Shown: one piece after another, positions 49,229 through 59,833 of the stretch | Numbering within the stretch: the first letter of the stretch is position 1 | How the letters are laid out: every line of letters begins with the position of its first letter | From: Candidatus Eiseniibacteriota bacterium | GTDB taxonomy: Bacteria; Eisenbacteria; RBG-16-71-46 | Length of the DNA: 64,000 bases | Direction: 5' to 3' | Assembly (NCBI GenBank): GCA_963725865.1 | Contig: CAVSAC010000010.1 | Location: forward strand, 640,001 to 704,000 | Program-made: the position numbers and the translations under genes | The notes under the pieces: generated by a model | What the model was told of the DNA's origin: nothing | Databases searched by the model: none | The model's input: the letters and a program-made list of their open reading frames with translations, nothing else

Positions 49229-52096
49229 ATGAGCAGCCGTGCCGAACGAGCGCTCGCCCTCGGCCAGAGCATCTGGCTCGACTTCATCCGCCGCGGCCAC
49301 CTGACGTCGGGCGAGTTCGACCGTCAGGTCCGCGAAGCGGGCGTGGTCGGAGTGACCTCGAATCCGACCATCTTCCAGCAGGCCATCACCGACAGCCACG
49401 ACTACGACGACGCCATGCGGCGTCACGTGGCGCGCGGGCTCGCCGGCGGGGCGCTGTTCGACGCGCTCGCCATCGAGGACATCCAGGACGCCTGCGACCG
49501 GCTGCGCGCGGTGTACGACCGCTCGAATGGCCTGGACGGCCGCGTCAGCATCGAGGTGAGCCCGACGCTCGCGAACGACACCGCCGCCACGATCGACGAG
49601 GCGCGCCGGCTGCACCGCGAGGTGGCGCGGCCCAACGTCCTGGTCAAGGTGCCGGCCACCGCGGCCAGCCTGCCCGCCATCGCGCAACTGATCGCGGAAG
49701 GGATCAGCATCAACGTCACGCTCATCTTCTCCCTCGCGCGCTACGCCGAGGTGATGGAGGCCTACCAGGCGGGACTCGAGCGCCGCGTGGCCGCGGGCCA
49801 GCCGCTCGACGGCATCCGCTCGGTGGCGTCGTTCTTCGTCTCGCGAGTGGACTCCAAGGTGGACAAGGCGATCGAGCAGCGCATCGCGGCGCTGCCCGAG
49901 GGGGCGCCCGAGCGGTCCGAGTTGCGCGGCCTGCTCGGCAAGGCCGCGGTCGCCAACGCGCGGCTCGCGTACGCGCGCTTCCAGGCGGTGGTCGCCGCGC
50001 CACGCTGGCGCGCGCTGGCGGCCCGCGGCGCCCACGTGCAGCGCCCGCTGTGGGCCTCGACGAGCACCAAGAATCCGGCCTATCCCGACACCCTGTACGT
50101 GGACGAGCTGATCGGGCCGGACACCGTGAACACCATGCCGCTGGCGACGCTCGCGGCGTTCAACGACCACGGCACCGTCGAGGTGCGCATCGACCGCGAC
50201 CTGCCCGGCGCGGAGCGCCTGTTCGAGCGCCTCCCCGAGCTGGGCGTGCCGCTCGGCGCGCTCATCGACGCGCTCGAGGGCGAGGGCGTGAAGGCGTTCG
50301 CGACCTCCTTCGAGACCCTGCTCGCGGCGCTCGAGGACAAGCGCGCCGCGCTGGCGGAGCCGCAGCGCCCTTTCGCGGTGCGCGGCCCGGCGCGTGATCC
50401 GGACGGGCGCATCGCGACGCGCTGCGCCACGCTCGACCGCGAGCGCTTCGCGGAGCGGCTGTGGCGGCGCGACGACGCGCTCTGGAGCGCCGACCCCGCG
50501 CATCGCAAGGTGGCCGCGAACCGGCTCGGCTGGCTGGCATCGCCGGCCTGGATGAAGGGCGAGATCGCCGGGCTGGAGTCCTTCGCCTCGGAGTTGGCCG
50601 GCGAGGGCTACACCCACTGCGTGCTGCTCGGCATGGGCGGCTCGAGCCTCGCGCCGGAGACCTTCCGCCGGGTGTTCGGTGCGCGACGGGGGCGGCTCGA
50701 CCTCGCCGTGCTCGACGACACTTCGCCGGCGGCGGTGCGCGCGATCGCGGAGGCGCACGATCCGCTGCGCACGTTCTTCCTGGTGTCCTCCAAGTCGGGC
50801 GGCACCCTCGAGGTCAGCTCGTTCGAGGCGTACTTTTTCGAATGGGTGCACAAGGTGCGCAGCGACATGGCCGGGCGTTCGTTCGCGGCGATCACCGACC
50901 CGGGCACTGCGCTCGCGACGCTCGCGCAGCAGCGCGGCTACCGGCGCGTGTTCGTGAACCCGCCCGACATCGGCGGTCGCTACTCCGCGCTGTCGTACTT
51001 CGGACTGGTCCCCGCCGCGCTGATCGGCGCGCCGCTGGAGCGGATCGCGGCGCAGGCCAACGACGAGGTCCGGGCCTGCGGCGGCAATGTGCCGGCCGCG
51101 GCCAATCCCGGCGTCGCGCTGGGGGCGGCGCTCGGCGAGCTGGCGCGCGCGGGGCGCGACAAGCTCACGCTGGTGCTGGGCGCCGAGCTGGCGCCGCTCG
51201 GCGCGTGGATCGAGCAGCTGGTGGCCGAGAGCACCGGCAAGGACGGCGTCGGCATCGTACCGGTCGAGGACGAGCCGCTGGGCGCGCCGTCGCTCTATCA
51301 CGACGACCGCGTGTTCGTGGCGGTGTCCGCGAAGCCGTTCGAGGCCGCGACCACGGCGGCGCTCGCCGCGCTCGAGGCCGCCGGTCACCCGGTGTTGCGC
51401 TGGGAGCGCGACGCGCTGGCCGCGGTCGGCGCCGAATGCGTGCGCTGGGAGGTGGCGACCGCCACCGCGGGCGCGGTGCTGGGCGTGGATCCGTTCGACG
51501 AACCCAACGTCACCGAGGCCAAGCAGGCGACCCAGGCGGTGCTGGATGCGTACCTGCGGGACGGCTCCTTCCCCGCCGGGGCGCCGCTGGCGAAAGCCGA
51601 CGGCATCGTGGTCGACGCTCCGGCGGCGACCGCGGAGCGGCTGCGGCTCCGCGCCGGGACCACGCCGGCGTCATGGGTCGCCGCGCTGCCCTCGATCGCC
51701 GAGGCGGGCGACTACCTCGCGCTGCTGGCCTACCTGCACCGCACGCCGGCGCGCCGCGAGCGCCTGCACCGGCTGCGGGTGGCGTTGCGCGACGCCAGCC
51801 GGCGCGCGACCACGCTGGGGTTCGGCCCGCGCTTCCTGCACTCCACCGGCCAGCTCCACAAGGGCGGCGCGAACCATGGCGTGTTCCTGCTGCTCACGGC
51901 CGACGAGGGCGAACTGCCGATCCCGGGCCAGCGGTACGGGTTCGGCACGCTGCGCCGCGCGCAGGCCGAGGGCGACTACGAGGTGCTGGGACGCCGCGGA
52001 CGCCGGGTGCTGCGCGTCCACCTCGGCACCGACGTGGAACGCGGGCTCGACCAGTTGATCGCCGCGGTCGGGGCGGCGTCCACCGCCCGAGCCTGA
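49229..52096 (+). CDS. Bifunctional transaldolase / glucose-6-phosphate isomerase
   Basis: GQSIWLD, GVTSNPTIF, VSIEVSP, NVTLIFS, WASTSTKNP; then GMGGSSL, SSKSGGT, IGGRYS, EQLVAESTGK, HSTGQLHKGG. Confidence 0.95.
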   Translation: MSSRAERALALGQSIWLDFIRRGHLTSGEFDRQVREAGVVGVTSNPTIFQQAITDSHDYDDAMRRHVARGLAGGALFDALAIEDIQDACDRLRAVYDRSNGLDGRVSIEVSPTLANDTAATIDEARRLHREVARPNVLVKVPATAASLPAIAQLIAEGISINVTLIFSLARYAEVMEAYQAGLERRVAAGQPLDGIRSVASFFVSRVDSKVDKAIEQRIAALPEGAPERSELRGLLGKAAVANARLAYARFQAVVAAPRWRALAARGAHVQRPLWASTSTKNPAYPDTLYVDELIGPDTVNTMPLATLAAFNDHGTVEVRIDRDLPGAERLFERLPELGVPLGALIDALEGEGVKAFATSFETLLAALEDKRAALAEPQRPFAVRGPARDPDGRIATRCATLDRERFAERLWRRDDALWSADPAHRKVAANRLGWLASPAWMKGEIAGLESFASELAGEGYTHCVLLGMGGSSLAPETFRRVFGARRGRLDLAVLDDTSPAAVRAIAEAHDPLRTFFLVSSKSGGTLEVSSFEAYFFEWVHKVRSDMAGRSFAAITDPGTALATLAQQRGYRRVFVNPPDIGGRYSALSYFGLVPAALIGAPLERIAAQANDEVRACGGNVPAAANPGVALGAALGELARAGRDKLTLVLGAELAPLGAWIEQLVAESTGKDGVGIVPVEDEPLGAPSLYHDDRVFVAVSAKPFEAATTAALAALEAAGHPVLRWERDALAAVGAECVRWEVATATAGAVLGVDPFDEPNVTEAKQATQAVLDAYLRDGSFPAGAPLAKADGIVVDAPAATAERLRLRAGTTPASWVAALPSIAEAGDYLALLAYLHRTPARRERLHRLRVALRDASRRATTLGFGPRFLHSTGQLHKGGANHGVFLLLTADEGELPIPGQRYGFGTLRRAQAEGDYEVLGRRGRRVLRVHLGTDVERGLDQLIAAVGAASTARA

Positions 52097-52112
52097 GCGC
52101 GGATCCCATCGC

Positions 52113-52148
52113 GCGGGCGGGCGCCGGTCTCCACCGGCGCCCGCCTGC
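52113..52148. terminator. Hairpin between convergent genes
   Basis: GCGGGCGGGCGCCGGT-CTCC-ACCGGCGCCCGCCTGC. Confidence 0.5.
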
Positions 52149-52163
52149 TGCGTTTCGCCCGGC

Positions 52164-52799
52164 TCAGCCCTCGCGCGGTCTGGAACCGCGGGCGGCCTCC
52201 TCGGCGAGCAGGCGCGCGCTGCACTCGTCGCACAGGCCGTGGGTGAGGGTGGCCTCGCTCCGCTGGCCGATGTACTCCTCGAGCGGCGACCAGCGCTGCT
52301 GGTCATCCCGGATGCGCTTGCATCGAACGCAGATCGGCAGCAGGCCCTCGAGCCGGGCCGAGTGGCGGCGCTCGTGCTCGAGCTCCTGCGCGCTCTGCGC
52401 GAGCGCGGACTCGAGCGTGAGGATGCGCTCGGCCACGCGCAGGCGGGAACGCAGCTCCTCCGCGTGGAAGGGTTTCATGATGTAGTCGTCCGCGCCAGCG
52501 TCGAGTGCGCTCACGACGTCCTCAGTGCTGGTACGCGCGGTGAGGATGAGCAGGTAGACGTCGCGCGAGCTGGCTCGGGCGCGCACCCGACGGCAGACCT
52601 CGAGGCCATCGAGACGGGGCATCTGCCAGTCGAGCACCGCGATCCGCGGCGGATCGGGCGCTCCCAACACCGCCCACGCCTCGTCGCCATCCACGACCGA
52701 TTGCACCGCCCAACCGCCGATCTCGATCGCGCGCTGGATGACCTTGCGGATCACGGGGTCGTCGTCCGCCACCAGGATCCGCTTCACACTCATGCTCAT
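52164..52799 (-). CDS. Response regulator (REC domain, coiled coil, Cys/His-rich C-domain)
   Basis: ILVADDD, LDWQMP, LTA, GADDYIMKPF; C-terminal LPICVRCK...THGLCDEC. Confidence 0.88.
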   Translation of the reverse strand: MSMSVKRILVADDDPVIRKVIQRAIEIGGWAVQSVVDGDEAWAVLGAPDPPRIAVLDWQMPRLDGLEVCRRVRARASSRDVYLLILTARTSTEDVVSALDAGADDYIMKPFHAEELRSRLRVAERILTLESALAQSAQELEHERRHSARLEGLLPICVRCKRIRDDQQRWSPLEEYIGQRSEATLTHGLCDECSARLLAEEAARGSRPREG

Positions 52800-52926
52800 C
52801 GTCGGCACTCCTCGCCGGTCCCGCTTCTGCGGTCCGGGCGTTGGGCGGCCGCGCGAGGCGGCGTCGGATCGTCCGGCTTCGATGCTGCGGCCCCGGGTGT
52901 GCCCGGCGCCCCGTTCAAGCTACCAC

Positions 52927-53955
52927 TCACCGCCCGCTCGACGGCCGCGACGCGTCGGCGAACCAGCCGGCGACGCGCGCCAGGTCCGCGTTGCCGCCGG
53001 AGAGGATCACGCCCACCCGCCGCCCGCGCACCTCGACGCGCCCGCTCAGCGCGGCGGCGAGCCCCAGCACCCCGGTCGGCTCCACCACCAGCTTCATGCG
53101 CTCCCAGACGAAGCGCATCGCACGCACCAGCTCGCGGTCCGGGACCGTGACCACGTCGCGCACGTGACGCCGGATGACGCTGAGCGTGAGCGGACTCAGG
53201 GACGGCGTGCGCGCGCCGTCGGCGATCGTGTCGGGATGCTCCACCCGCTCGAGCCGTCCGCTGCGGAACGAGCGCGCGCCGTCGTCGCCCGCCTCGGGCT
53301 CCACGCCGATGACCGCGCACGCCGGACAGGCGCGGCGCGCCGCCAGCGCGGAGCCCGACAGCAGGCCGCCGCCGCCCAGCGGCACCAGCAGCAGGTCGAG
53401 CGGGCCGGCGTCCTCGAACAGCTCGGCCGCCGCGGTGCCCGCCCCCGCCACGATGTCGGGATGGTCGAACGGCGGCACCAGCGTCAGCCCGCGCTCCTGC
53501 GCGAGCCGGTGCGCGAGCGCCTCGCGCGGCTCGCCCAGCAGGTCGTAGTGGACGATCTCGGCCCCGTAGTCGCGGGTCGCCTCCAGCTTGGCGGCCGGTG
53601 CCGTCGACGGCATGACGATCACCGCGTGGATGCCCTGCAGCCGCGCCACCAACGCCACCGCCTGCGCGTGATTGCCGGAGGAGTACGCGATCACCCCGCG
53701 CCGGCGCACCTCCGCGGGCAGCTGCGCGATGACGTTCCAGGCGCCGCGGAACTTGAACGCGCCCATGCGCTGGAGGTTCTCGCACTTGAGCGACACGGTG
53801 GCGCCCAGCCGCTCGTCGAGCGTGCGCGAGCGCGCCACGGGCGTGCGGTGAGCGACGCCCGCGAGCCGGGCGCGCGCCTCGTCGAGGCGCTGCAGCAGCG
53901 CATCGTCGGGGTACGCCGCCGTGGCGGCGGCGACCGGATCCGGCGCCGCGCTCAT
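52927..53955 (-). CDS. PLP-dependent threonine/serine dehydratase (threo-3-hydroxyaspartate ammonia-lyase-like)
   Basis: KCENLQRMGAFKFRGA, SSGNHAQA, GGGGLLSG, VEPTG, SGGN. Confidence 0.9.
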   Translation of the reverse strand: MSAAPDPVAAATAAYPDDALLQRLDEARARLAGVAHRTPVARSRTLDERLGATVSLKCENLQRMGAFKFRGAWNVIAQLPAEVRRRGVIAYSSGNHAQAVALVARLQGIHAVIVMPSTAPAAKLEATRDYGAEIVHYDLLGEPREALAHRLAQERGLTLVPPFDHPDIVAGAGTAAAELFEDAGPLDLLLVPLGGGGLLSGSALAARRACPACAVIGVEPEAGDDGARSFRSGRLERVEHPDTIADGARTPSLSPLTLSVIRRHVRDVVTVPDRELVRAMRFVWERMKLVVEPTGVLGLAAALSGRVEVRGRRVGVILSGGNADLARVAGWFADASRPSSGR

Positions 53956-54016
53956 CGGGCGGAGCCCCGGCGGGCGCGGCGGCCGGAGCGGCCGCCGCCC
54001 GCCGCGAGCGCGTCGC

Positions 54017-55417
54017 TCATCCGCCGGCGCCGCCGCCCGCCTCGAGGCCGGGCTGCGTCTGGCGCGCCGGATCGAGCGCGGCGTCGAGCTCGGCGACCGA
54101 CAGGCCGGTCATCTCCCGCGCCAGCTCACGCACGGTGCGCCGCTCCTTGAACGAGCGCTTGGCGATCTCCGCGGCCTTGTCGTAGCCGATCAGCGGATTG
54201 AGCGCGGTCGCCATGCTGGGCGAGATCTCGATGTAGCCGCGGCAGGTCTCCTCGTTCGCGGTGAGCCCCGCCAGCGCCTTGTCCGCGAACACGCGCGAGA
54301 CCCGCGCCAGCAGGTGGATGCTCTCGAGCAGGTTGCGCGCGATCAACGGCAGCATGGTGTTGAGGTCGAGCTGGCCCCACTGCGCGCCCACCGTGACCGC
54401 GACGTGGTTGCCCATCACCTGCGCGCCGACCTGCATCACCGCCTCGCACATCACCGGGTTCACCTTGCCCGGCATGATGCTGGAGCCCGGCTGGATCGCG
54501 GGCAGCGTGAGCTCGCCCAGCCCGCAGCGCGGACCGCTCCCGAGCAGGCGCACGTCGTTCGCGATCTTCATGAGGCTGGCCGCCGTGCTGTTGAGCGCAG
54601 CGCTCGCCCAGAGCGCGCCGTCCTGGGCCGCCTGCGCCTCGAAGTGGTTGCGCGCCTCGACGAATCGCGTGCCCGCGAGGCGGCCGAGCTCGTCGGCCAT
54701 GCGGCGGCCGAACTCGGGATGCGTGTTGAGCCCGGTGCCGACCGCGGTGCCGCCGATCGCCAGCTCGCGCAGGTCGTCGAACGTGGCCTTCACGCGCGCG
54801 ATCGAGTGCTCGACCTGCGACGCATAGCCCGAGAACTCCTGCCCGAGGCGGATGGGCGTGGCGTCCATGAGGTGCGTGCGTCCGGTCTTCATCACGCCGT
54901 GGAACGCCTTCGCCTTCGCGTCGAGCACCTCGTGCAGGTGTTCGAGCGCCGGCAGCAGCTCGCGCTCGAGCTGCAGCAGAGCCGCGACGTGCACGACCGC
55001 CGGAATGACGTCGTTGCTGCTCTGCCCGAAGTTGACGTGGTCGTTGGGGTGCACCTTCGTCCCCGACGCCCGCGAGGCGAGCCGCGCGATGACCTCGTTC
55101 GCGTTCATGTTGCTGCTGGTGCCGCTGCCGGTCTGGAACACGTCGATCGGGAACTCGGCGTCCCACTTGCCGTCGGCCACCTCGCGCGCGGCGGCGCCGA
55201 TCGCCTTCGCGATCGCGCCGTCGACCGTGCCGAGGTCGGCGTTCACCTTCGCCGCGGCGGCCTTCACCAGCGCGAGCGCGTGGATGAACTCCGCCGGCAT
55301 CGGGCGCCCCGACACCGGGAAGTTCTCGACCGCACGTTGCGTCTGGGGACCCCACAGGGCCTGCGTGGGCACCTGCATCTCCCCCATGCTGTCCTTTTCG
55401 ATCCGGTACTCGGTCAT
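54017..55417 (-). CDS. fumC: Class II fumarate hydratase
   Basis: QTGSGTSSNMN, HPNDHVN, KTGRTHLMDATP, PGSSIMPGKVNP. Confidence 0.95.
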   Translation of the reverse strand: MTEYRIEKDSMGEMQVPTQALWGPQTQRAVENFPVSGRPMPAEFIHALALVKAAAAKVNADLGTVDGAIAKAIGAAAREVADGKWDAEFPIDVFQTGSGTSSNMNANEVIARLASRASGTKVHPNDHVNFGQSSNDVIPAVVHVAALLQLERELLPALEHLHEVLDAKAKAFHGVMKTGRTHLMDATPIRLGQEFSGYASQVEHSIARVKATFDDLRELAIGGTAVGTGLNTHPEFGRRMADELGRLAGTRFVEARNHFEAQAAQDGALWASAALNSTAASLMKIANDVRLLGSGPRCGLGELTLPAIQPGSSIMPGKVNPVMCEAVMQVGAQVMGNHVAVTVGAQWGQLDLNTMLPLIARNLLESIHLLARVSRVFADKALAGLTANEETCRGYIEISPSMATALNPLIGYDKAAEIAKRSFKERRTVRELAREMTGLSVAELDAALDPARQTQPGLEAGGGAGG

Positions 55418-55466
55418 CGTCCTCTCCTCGCCGCGGGCGTCCCGTGGGGCGCTCGCCGCGCGCCGG

Positions 55467-55895
55467 TCATGCCGGCACGATCTCGAAGCGGCTCACGATC
55501 TCGATGTCGTGGTCGAGTGATGCGTGCACCGCGCAGTACTTGGTGTCGCTCAGCGTGATCGCCTCCTGGACCGCGCTCGGGCTGATGTCGCGGCCCGTGA
55601 CGCGATGCAGGATCTCGATCCGCACGTAGCGCTTCGGGTGTTCGTCGCGCTGTTCGCCGGAGACGAGCACCTCGTAGTGAGTCACATCCTGGCGCTTCTT
55701 GCGCAGGATGCTCGCCACGTCCATCGCCGTGCAACCGCCCAGCGCCACGAGCACCAGCTCGACCGGGCTCGGCGCGCTGCCCCCCACCGGGTTGTCCAGC
55801 ACCATCCGGTGGCCGCCGCCGGTGATCGCCTCGAACCTCAGGCTCGAGCCCGCGGGGGACTCGAGGGTCAGACGGGCGCTCTTGGGGCTCGGCAT
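55467..55895 (-). CDS. OsmC-family protein
   Basis: PSPVELVLVALGGCTAMDV, KYCAV. Confidence 0.88.
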   Translation of the reverse strand: MPSPKSARLTLESPAGSSLRFEAITGGGHRMVLDNPVGGSAPSPVELVLVALGGCTAMDVASILRKKRQDVTHYEVLVSGEQRDEHPKRYVRIEILHRVTGRDISPSAVQEAITLSDTKYCAVHASLDHDIEIVSRFEIVPA

Positions 55896-55911
55896 CGCAC
55901 CTCCCGCACGC

Positions 55912-57318
55912 TCACGGGATGGCCCCGAGCGTGCGCAGCTTGTTGTACCCGTCGAGCGCCGCCACCTTGTAACACTCGGCGAGCGTCGGGTAGTTGAACA
56001 CGTTGTACACCAGGTAGTCGAGCGTGCCGCCGAGTCCCATGACGGCCTGGCCGATGTGCACCAGCTCGGTGGCCTGAGTGCCCATGATCCACACCCCGAG
56101 GATGCGCCGCGTCTCGAGGTGGACGATCAGCTTGAGCATGCCGTCGGGGTCGCCGAGGATCTGCCCGCGGGCGATCTCGCGATAGCGCGCCACGCCGACC
56201 TCGTACGGCACGCCGCGCGCGGTGAGATCCGCCTCGGTCGCGCCGACCCACGCGACCTCGGGGATGGCGTAGATCCCGTACGGGAACAGCTCGGGCGTGC
56301 TCGCGGTCTCGATCCCGAACGCGTGGCAGGCGGCCAGCCGGCCCTGCTCGCTGCTGGTCGACGCGAGCGCCGGGGCGCCGATCACGTCGCCGACGGCGTA
56401 GAGGTGCGGGACCGTGGTCTGGTAGTGCTCGCCCACCGCGATCCGTCCGCGCGCGTCGGCGGTCAGGCCGGCGCGTTCGAGCGCCAGCTCCGAGGTCGCC
56501 CCCTGGCGACCGGCGGAGACCAGCACCAGGTCGGCGGCGATGCGCTTGCCGCTCGCGAGCACCGCGAGCGCCTGGGTGCTCCCGCCGAGCTGCAGGTGGT
56601 CGACGCGCTCCCCCAGTCGCAGCGTGATGCCCATGGCCCGGATCTGGTGCGTGAACTCCTGCACCACCTCGGCGTCCACCATGTCCAGGAGCCGGTCGCG
56701 CTGGTCGAGCAGCGTGACCTCGACGCCGAGGGCGGCGAACATCGTGGCGTACTCGACGCCGATGATGCCGGCACCCACCACCACGAGGCTACGCGGCAGC
56801 GTCGCGAGCGTCAGGATGTCGTCGCTCGTCATCACGGTCCGGTGATCGACCTCGATGCCGGATGGCACGCCGGGCGTGCTGCCCACCGCGATCACGATCG
56901 CGTCCGCCTCGAGCCGCTGCGGGTGGGCGGGGTCGGAACCGGTGACGCTCACCGTGTGCGGGTCCTCGAACGCGCCCACTCCGGCGAACACCTGCACGCC
57001 ATTGCGCGCGAGCTGGGCCTGCACGACGTCCCGCTCGATCCCCATCACGCGGTCGGCACGCGCGAGCAGCTCCTGCATCGAGACGTCGCCGCGACGCTTC
57101 AGCGCCTCGCCATAGAGCGCGTGCCGCCGTACGCCGGAGAGGTCGAGCACCGCCTCGCGCAGGGTCTTGCTCGGGATCGTCCCGGTGTTGATGCTCACGC
57201 CGCCCACCTGGCGGCGCTTCTCGACGATCGCCACGCTGTGCCCCAGCTTCGCCGACTGGACGGCGGCGCGCTGGCCGGCCGGACCGCTGCCGATCACCAC
57301 CAGCTCGAAGCGCGGCAT
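55912..57318 (-). CDS. sthA: Soluble pyridine nucleotide transhydrogenase
   Basis: IGSGPAG, GTIPSKTLRE, GAGIIGVEYA, GIYAIPE, FNYPTLAECYKVAALD. Confidence 0.92.
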   Translation of the reverse strand: MPRFELVVIGSGPAGQRAAVQSAKLGHSVAIVEKRRQVGGVSINTGTIPSKTLREAVLDLSGVRRHALYGEALKRRGDVSMQELLARADRVMGIERDVVQAQLARNGVQVFAGVGAFEDPHTVSVTGSDPAHPQRLEADAIVIAVGSTPGVPSGIEVDHRTVMTSDDILTLATLPRSLVVVGAGIIGVEYATMFAALGVEVTLLDQRDRLLDMVDAEVVQEFTHQIRAMGITLRLGERVDHLQLGGSTQALAVLASGKRIAADLVLVSAGRQGATSELALERAGLTADARGRIAVGEHYQTTVPHLYAVGDVIGAPALASTSSEQGRLAACHAFGIETASTPELFPYGIYAIPEVAWVGATEADLTARGVPYEVGVARYREIARGQILGDPDGMLKLIVHLETRRILGVWIMGTQATELVHIGQAVMGLGGTLDYLVYNVFNYPTLAECYKVAALDGYNKLRTLGAIP

Positions 57319-57345
57319 CGATGCCCTCCGGGAGTCCGGACCGGT

Positions 57346-58692
57346 TCAGCCGTTCGAGCGCGCGGAACCGCCATCCGACGGCGCGTCGAGCGACAGCTCC
57401 AGCTCCTCGTCCGACAGCACCGCGCGACGATTGAGGATCTGCGCGGTGTCGTGCTCGAAGAACAGGTGCGAGAGGTGATCGAGTCCCACCTCGATCTGCT
57501 TGCGGAGGCCCACCATCTTCACGAGGTAGTTGGCGGCCCACATCAGCCAGGCGAGGCGGCCGGAGAAGCGCACGCCCAGCACCTCGGCGACGCTGCTGTG
57601 CTGGCCGAGCGAGACGATGTAGCCGAGGTTGTGGAACCCGAACGGCTTCGGCGGCAGCGCGCGCGCCCTCCGCACCAGGCTCTCCCCGACGTGGGCGCCC
57701 ATCGCGATCGCGGTCTGCGCGAGCATCGGCTGGAGGCCGCCGTCGGGCGCCGGCGCGGCCGCACAGTCCCCGATCACGTGTACGTCCTCGCGCGGCGCGC
57801 CGTCGGGTGCCCGCGCATGCAGATCGTCGTCGACCTGCACGCGGCCGTCCGGCGCGTGCGCCAGCGGCAGGCTCCGCACCAGCTCGGGCGGCTTCACCCC
57901 CGCGGTCCAGATCGTGGTGAACGCGGGCACCCGCGTTCCGTCGCGCAGCACCACCACACGCGGCTCGACGGCCGCCGCGAGCGCGCGCAGCCGCACCCGC
58001 ACGCCGCGCCGCTCGAGGTGCCGCAGCACGTACTCGGAGTGCGCCGGCCGCGCCTGGGTCACGAGCCGCTCCCCGCCCTCGAGCACCGTGATCGTGACGT
58101 GCGACGGATGCACGCTCGGATACTTGGGCAGCAGGGTCTCGTGCGTCATCTCGACCAGCTCGGCCGCCACCTCGACGCCGGTGACACCGCCCCCGACGAT
58201 CACGAACGAGAGCAGTTGGCGGCGGCGCTCCTCGGTGGTCGCCTGCTCAGCCATCTCGAACAGCTCGACCACGCGCGCGCGCAGCCACATCGCGTCGGCG
58301 ATCGTCTTGAACGGTCGTGCGTGCTGCTCGGCTCCGGGCACGTCGTACCAGTTGGTGACGCTGCCGACGGCGATCACGAGGTGATCCCACGGCTGCTCGA
58401 GGCCGTTGTGCAGATGGACGATTCGCCGCTCGAGGTCGATGTGGGTCGCCTTGTTCTTGTGGAATCGCACCTGGCGGTGGCGCGCCATGATGCGCAGCGG
58501 GTAGACGATGTGACGCGTCTCGACCGCGCCGACGGCGACCGCCGGCATCAGCGGATTGAACTGGAAGAAGTTCTCCTTGTCGACGATGAGCGTGTCCCAG
58601 TACCCGCGCGCGACGCGCGAGCGGCCGATCGCCCGCGCCACGTCGAGGCCGCCGAAACCGCAACCCAGGATCAGGAGCCGATGTCCGGACAT
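57346..58692 (-). CDS. Type II NADH dehydrogenase-like FAD oxidoreductase
   Basis: GCGFGG, FQFNPL, GGGVTGVEVAAE, WTAGV, IGDCA, AQTA. Confidence 0.88.
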   Translation of the reverse strand: MSGHRLLILGCGFGGLDVARAIGRSRVARGYWDTLIVDKENFFQFNPLMPAVAVGAVETRHIVYPLRIMARHRQVRFHKNKATHIDLERRIVHLHNGLEQPWDHLVIAVGSVTNWYDVPGAEQHARPFKTIADAMWLRARVVELFEMAEQATTEERRRQLLSFVIVGGGVTGVEVAAELVEMTHETLLPKYPSVHPSHVTITVLEGGERLVTQARPAHSEYVLRHLERRGVRVRLRALAAAVEPRVVVLRDGTRVPAFTTIWTAGVKPPELVRSLPLAHAPDGRVQVDDDLHARAPDGAPREDVHVIGDCAAAPAPDGGLQPMLAQTAIAMGAHVGESLVRRARALPPKPFGFHNLGYIVSLGQHSSVAEVLGVRFSGRLAWLMWAANYLVKMVGLRKQIEVGLDHLSHLFFEHDTAQILNRRAVLSDEELELSLDAPSDGGSARSNG

Positions 58693-58736
58693 GGGGACGC
58701 AGGATAGCAGATGACGACTCTGATACAGTGCGCGCG

Positions 58737-59696
58737 ATGCCGTCGATCTCGGTGCTCCTACCGGTGCGAGATGCCGACCCGTGGCTCGACGCCTCGCTCG
58801 CGTCGCTGTGGCGGCAGACCTTCGCCGACTTCGAGGTGATCGCGGTCGACGACGGCTCCACCGACGGCTCCGGCGAGCGGCTCGACCGTGCCGCGGGACG
58901 CGAGCCCCGCCTGCACGTGATCCACACCCCGCCCCGCGGGCTGCCCCAGGCGCTCGAGACGGCGCGGGCGCACGCGCGCGGAGCGTTTCTGGCGCGCCAC
59001 GACGCCGACGACCTCTCGCACCGCCGCCGCTTCGCGCTCCAGCTCGCCCACCTGCGCGCGCATCCGCGCGTGGCAGTGGTGGGCAGTCGCCTGCGCCTGT
59101 TCCCCGCGGCGCACTCCGGCGCCGGCATGCTCCGGTGGGCGCGGTGGCACGACACGCTGATCACCCACGAGCGGATGGCCGACGAGGCGCTCATCGACAG
59201 CCCGCTGGCGCACGGCACCGCGATGATGCGCGCGTGGTGGCTGGCGCGGGTCGGCGGCTGGCGCGAGCGCGGATGGGCGGAGGACCTCGACCTGTGGCTG
59301 CGGCTGCTGGCCGCCGGCGCGCGATTCGCGAAACTCCCGCAGACGCTCTACGGCTGGCGGCAGCATGCCCGCTCGTCGACGCGCTGCGATCCCCGCTATG
59401 CCAGCGAGCGCTTCCGCGATCTGCGCGAGCACTTCCTGCTGCGCACGTTGCTGCGCCGCCGCCCGCACATCACGCTGGTCGGCGTCGGCGCGACCGCGGC
59501 CGCGTGGGCGGAGCGACTCGCCGCTCACCGCCGGGTGACGCGCGTCACCGCCGGGCGTCCGTCCGCTCCCGCAATCGCGCGAATGGAGCCACCCGTCGTG
59601 CTGGTGTTCGGCGCCGCCCCCGCGCGCGAGCGCTGGCGCTATCCACTCGCCGCGTGCGGCATGGCGGAACGCCGTGACTTCGTCTTCATCGCCTGA
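58737..59696 (+). CDS. Glycosyltransferase family 2
   Basis: SVLLPV, VDDGSTD, RHDADD, AEDLDLW. Confidence 0.9.
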   Translation: MPSISVLLPVRDADPWLDASLASLWRQTFADFEVIAVDDGSTDGSGERLDRAAGREPRLHVIHTPPRGLPQALETARAHARGAFLARHDADDLSHRRRFALQLAHLRAHPRVAVVGSRLRLFPAAHSGAGMLRWARWHDTLITHERMADEALIDSPLAHGTAMMRAWWLARVGGWRERGWAEDLDLWLRLLAAGARFAKLPQTLYGWRQHARSSTRCDPRYASERFRDLREHFLLRTLLRRRPHITLVGVGATAAAWAERLAAHRRVTRVTAGRPSAPAIARMEPPVVLVFGAAPARERWRYPLAACGMAERRDFVFIA

Positions 59697-59833
59697 GGGC
59701 GCGTCCGTGAGCCAATATCACTCGCTCGCGAATCGTCTCCGTTTCGATGGATTGACACGCTGTCTCCGGTGTGGCCTAGTTGCGCCGTCCCCGCGATTGA
59801 TATTCTGCTGGAATCTACAGGCTGGGAGGACCC

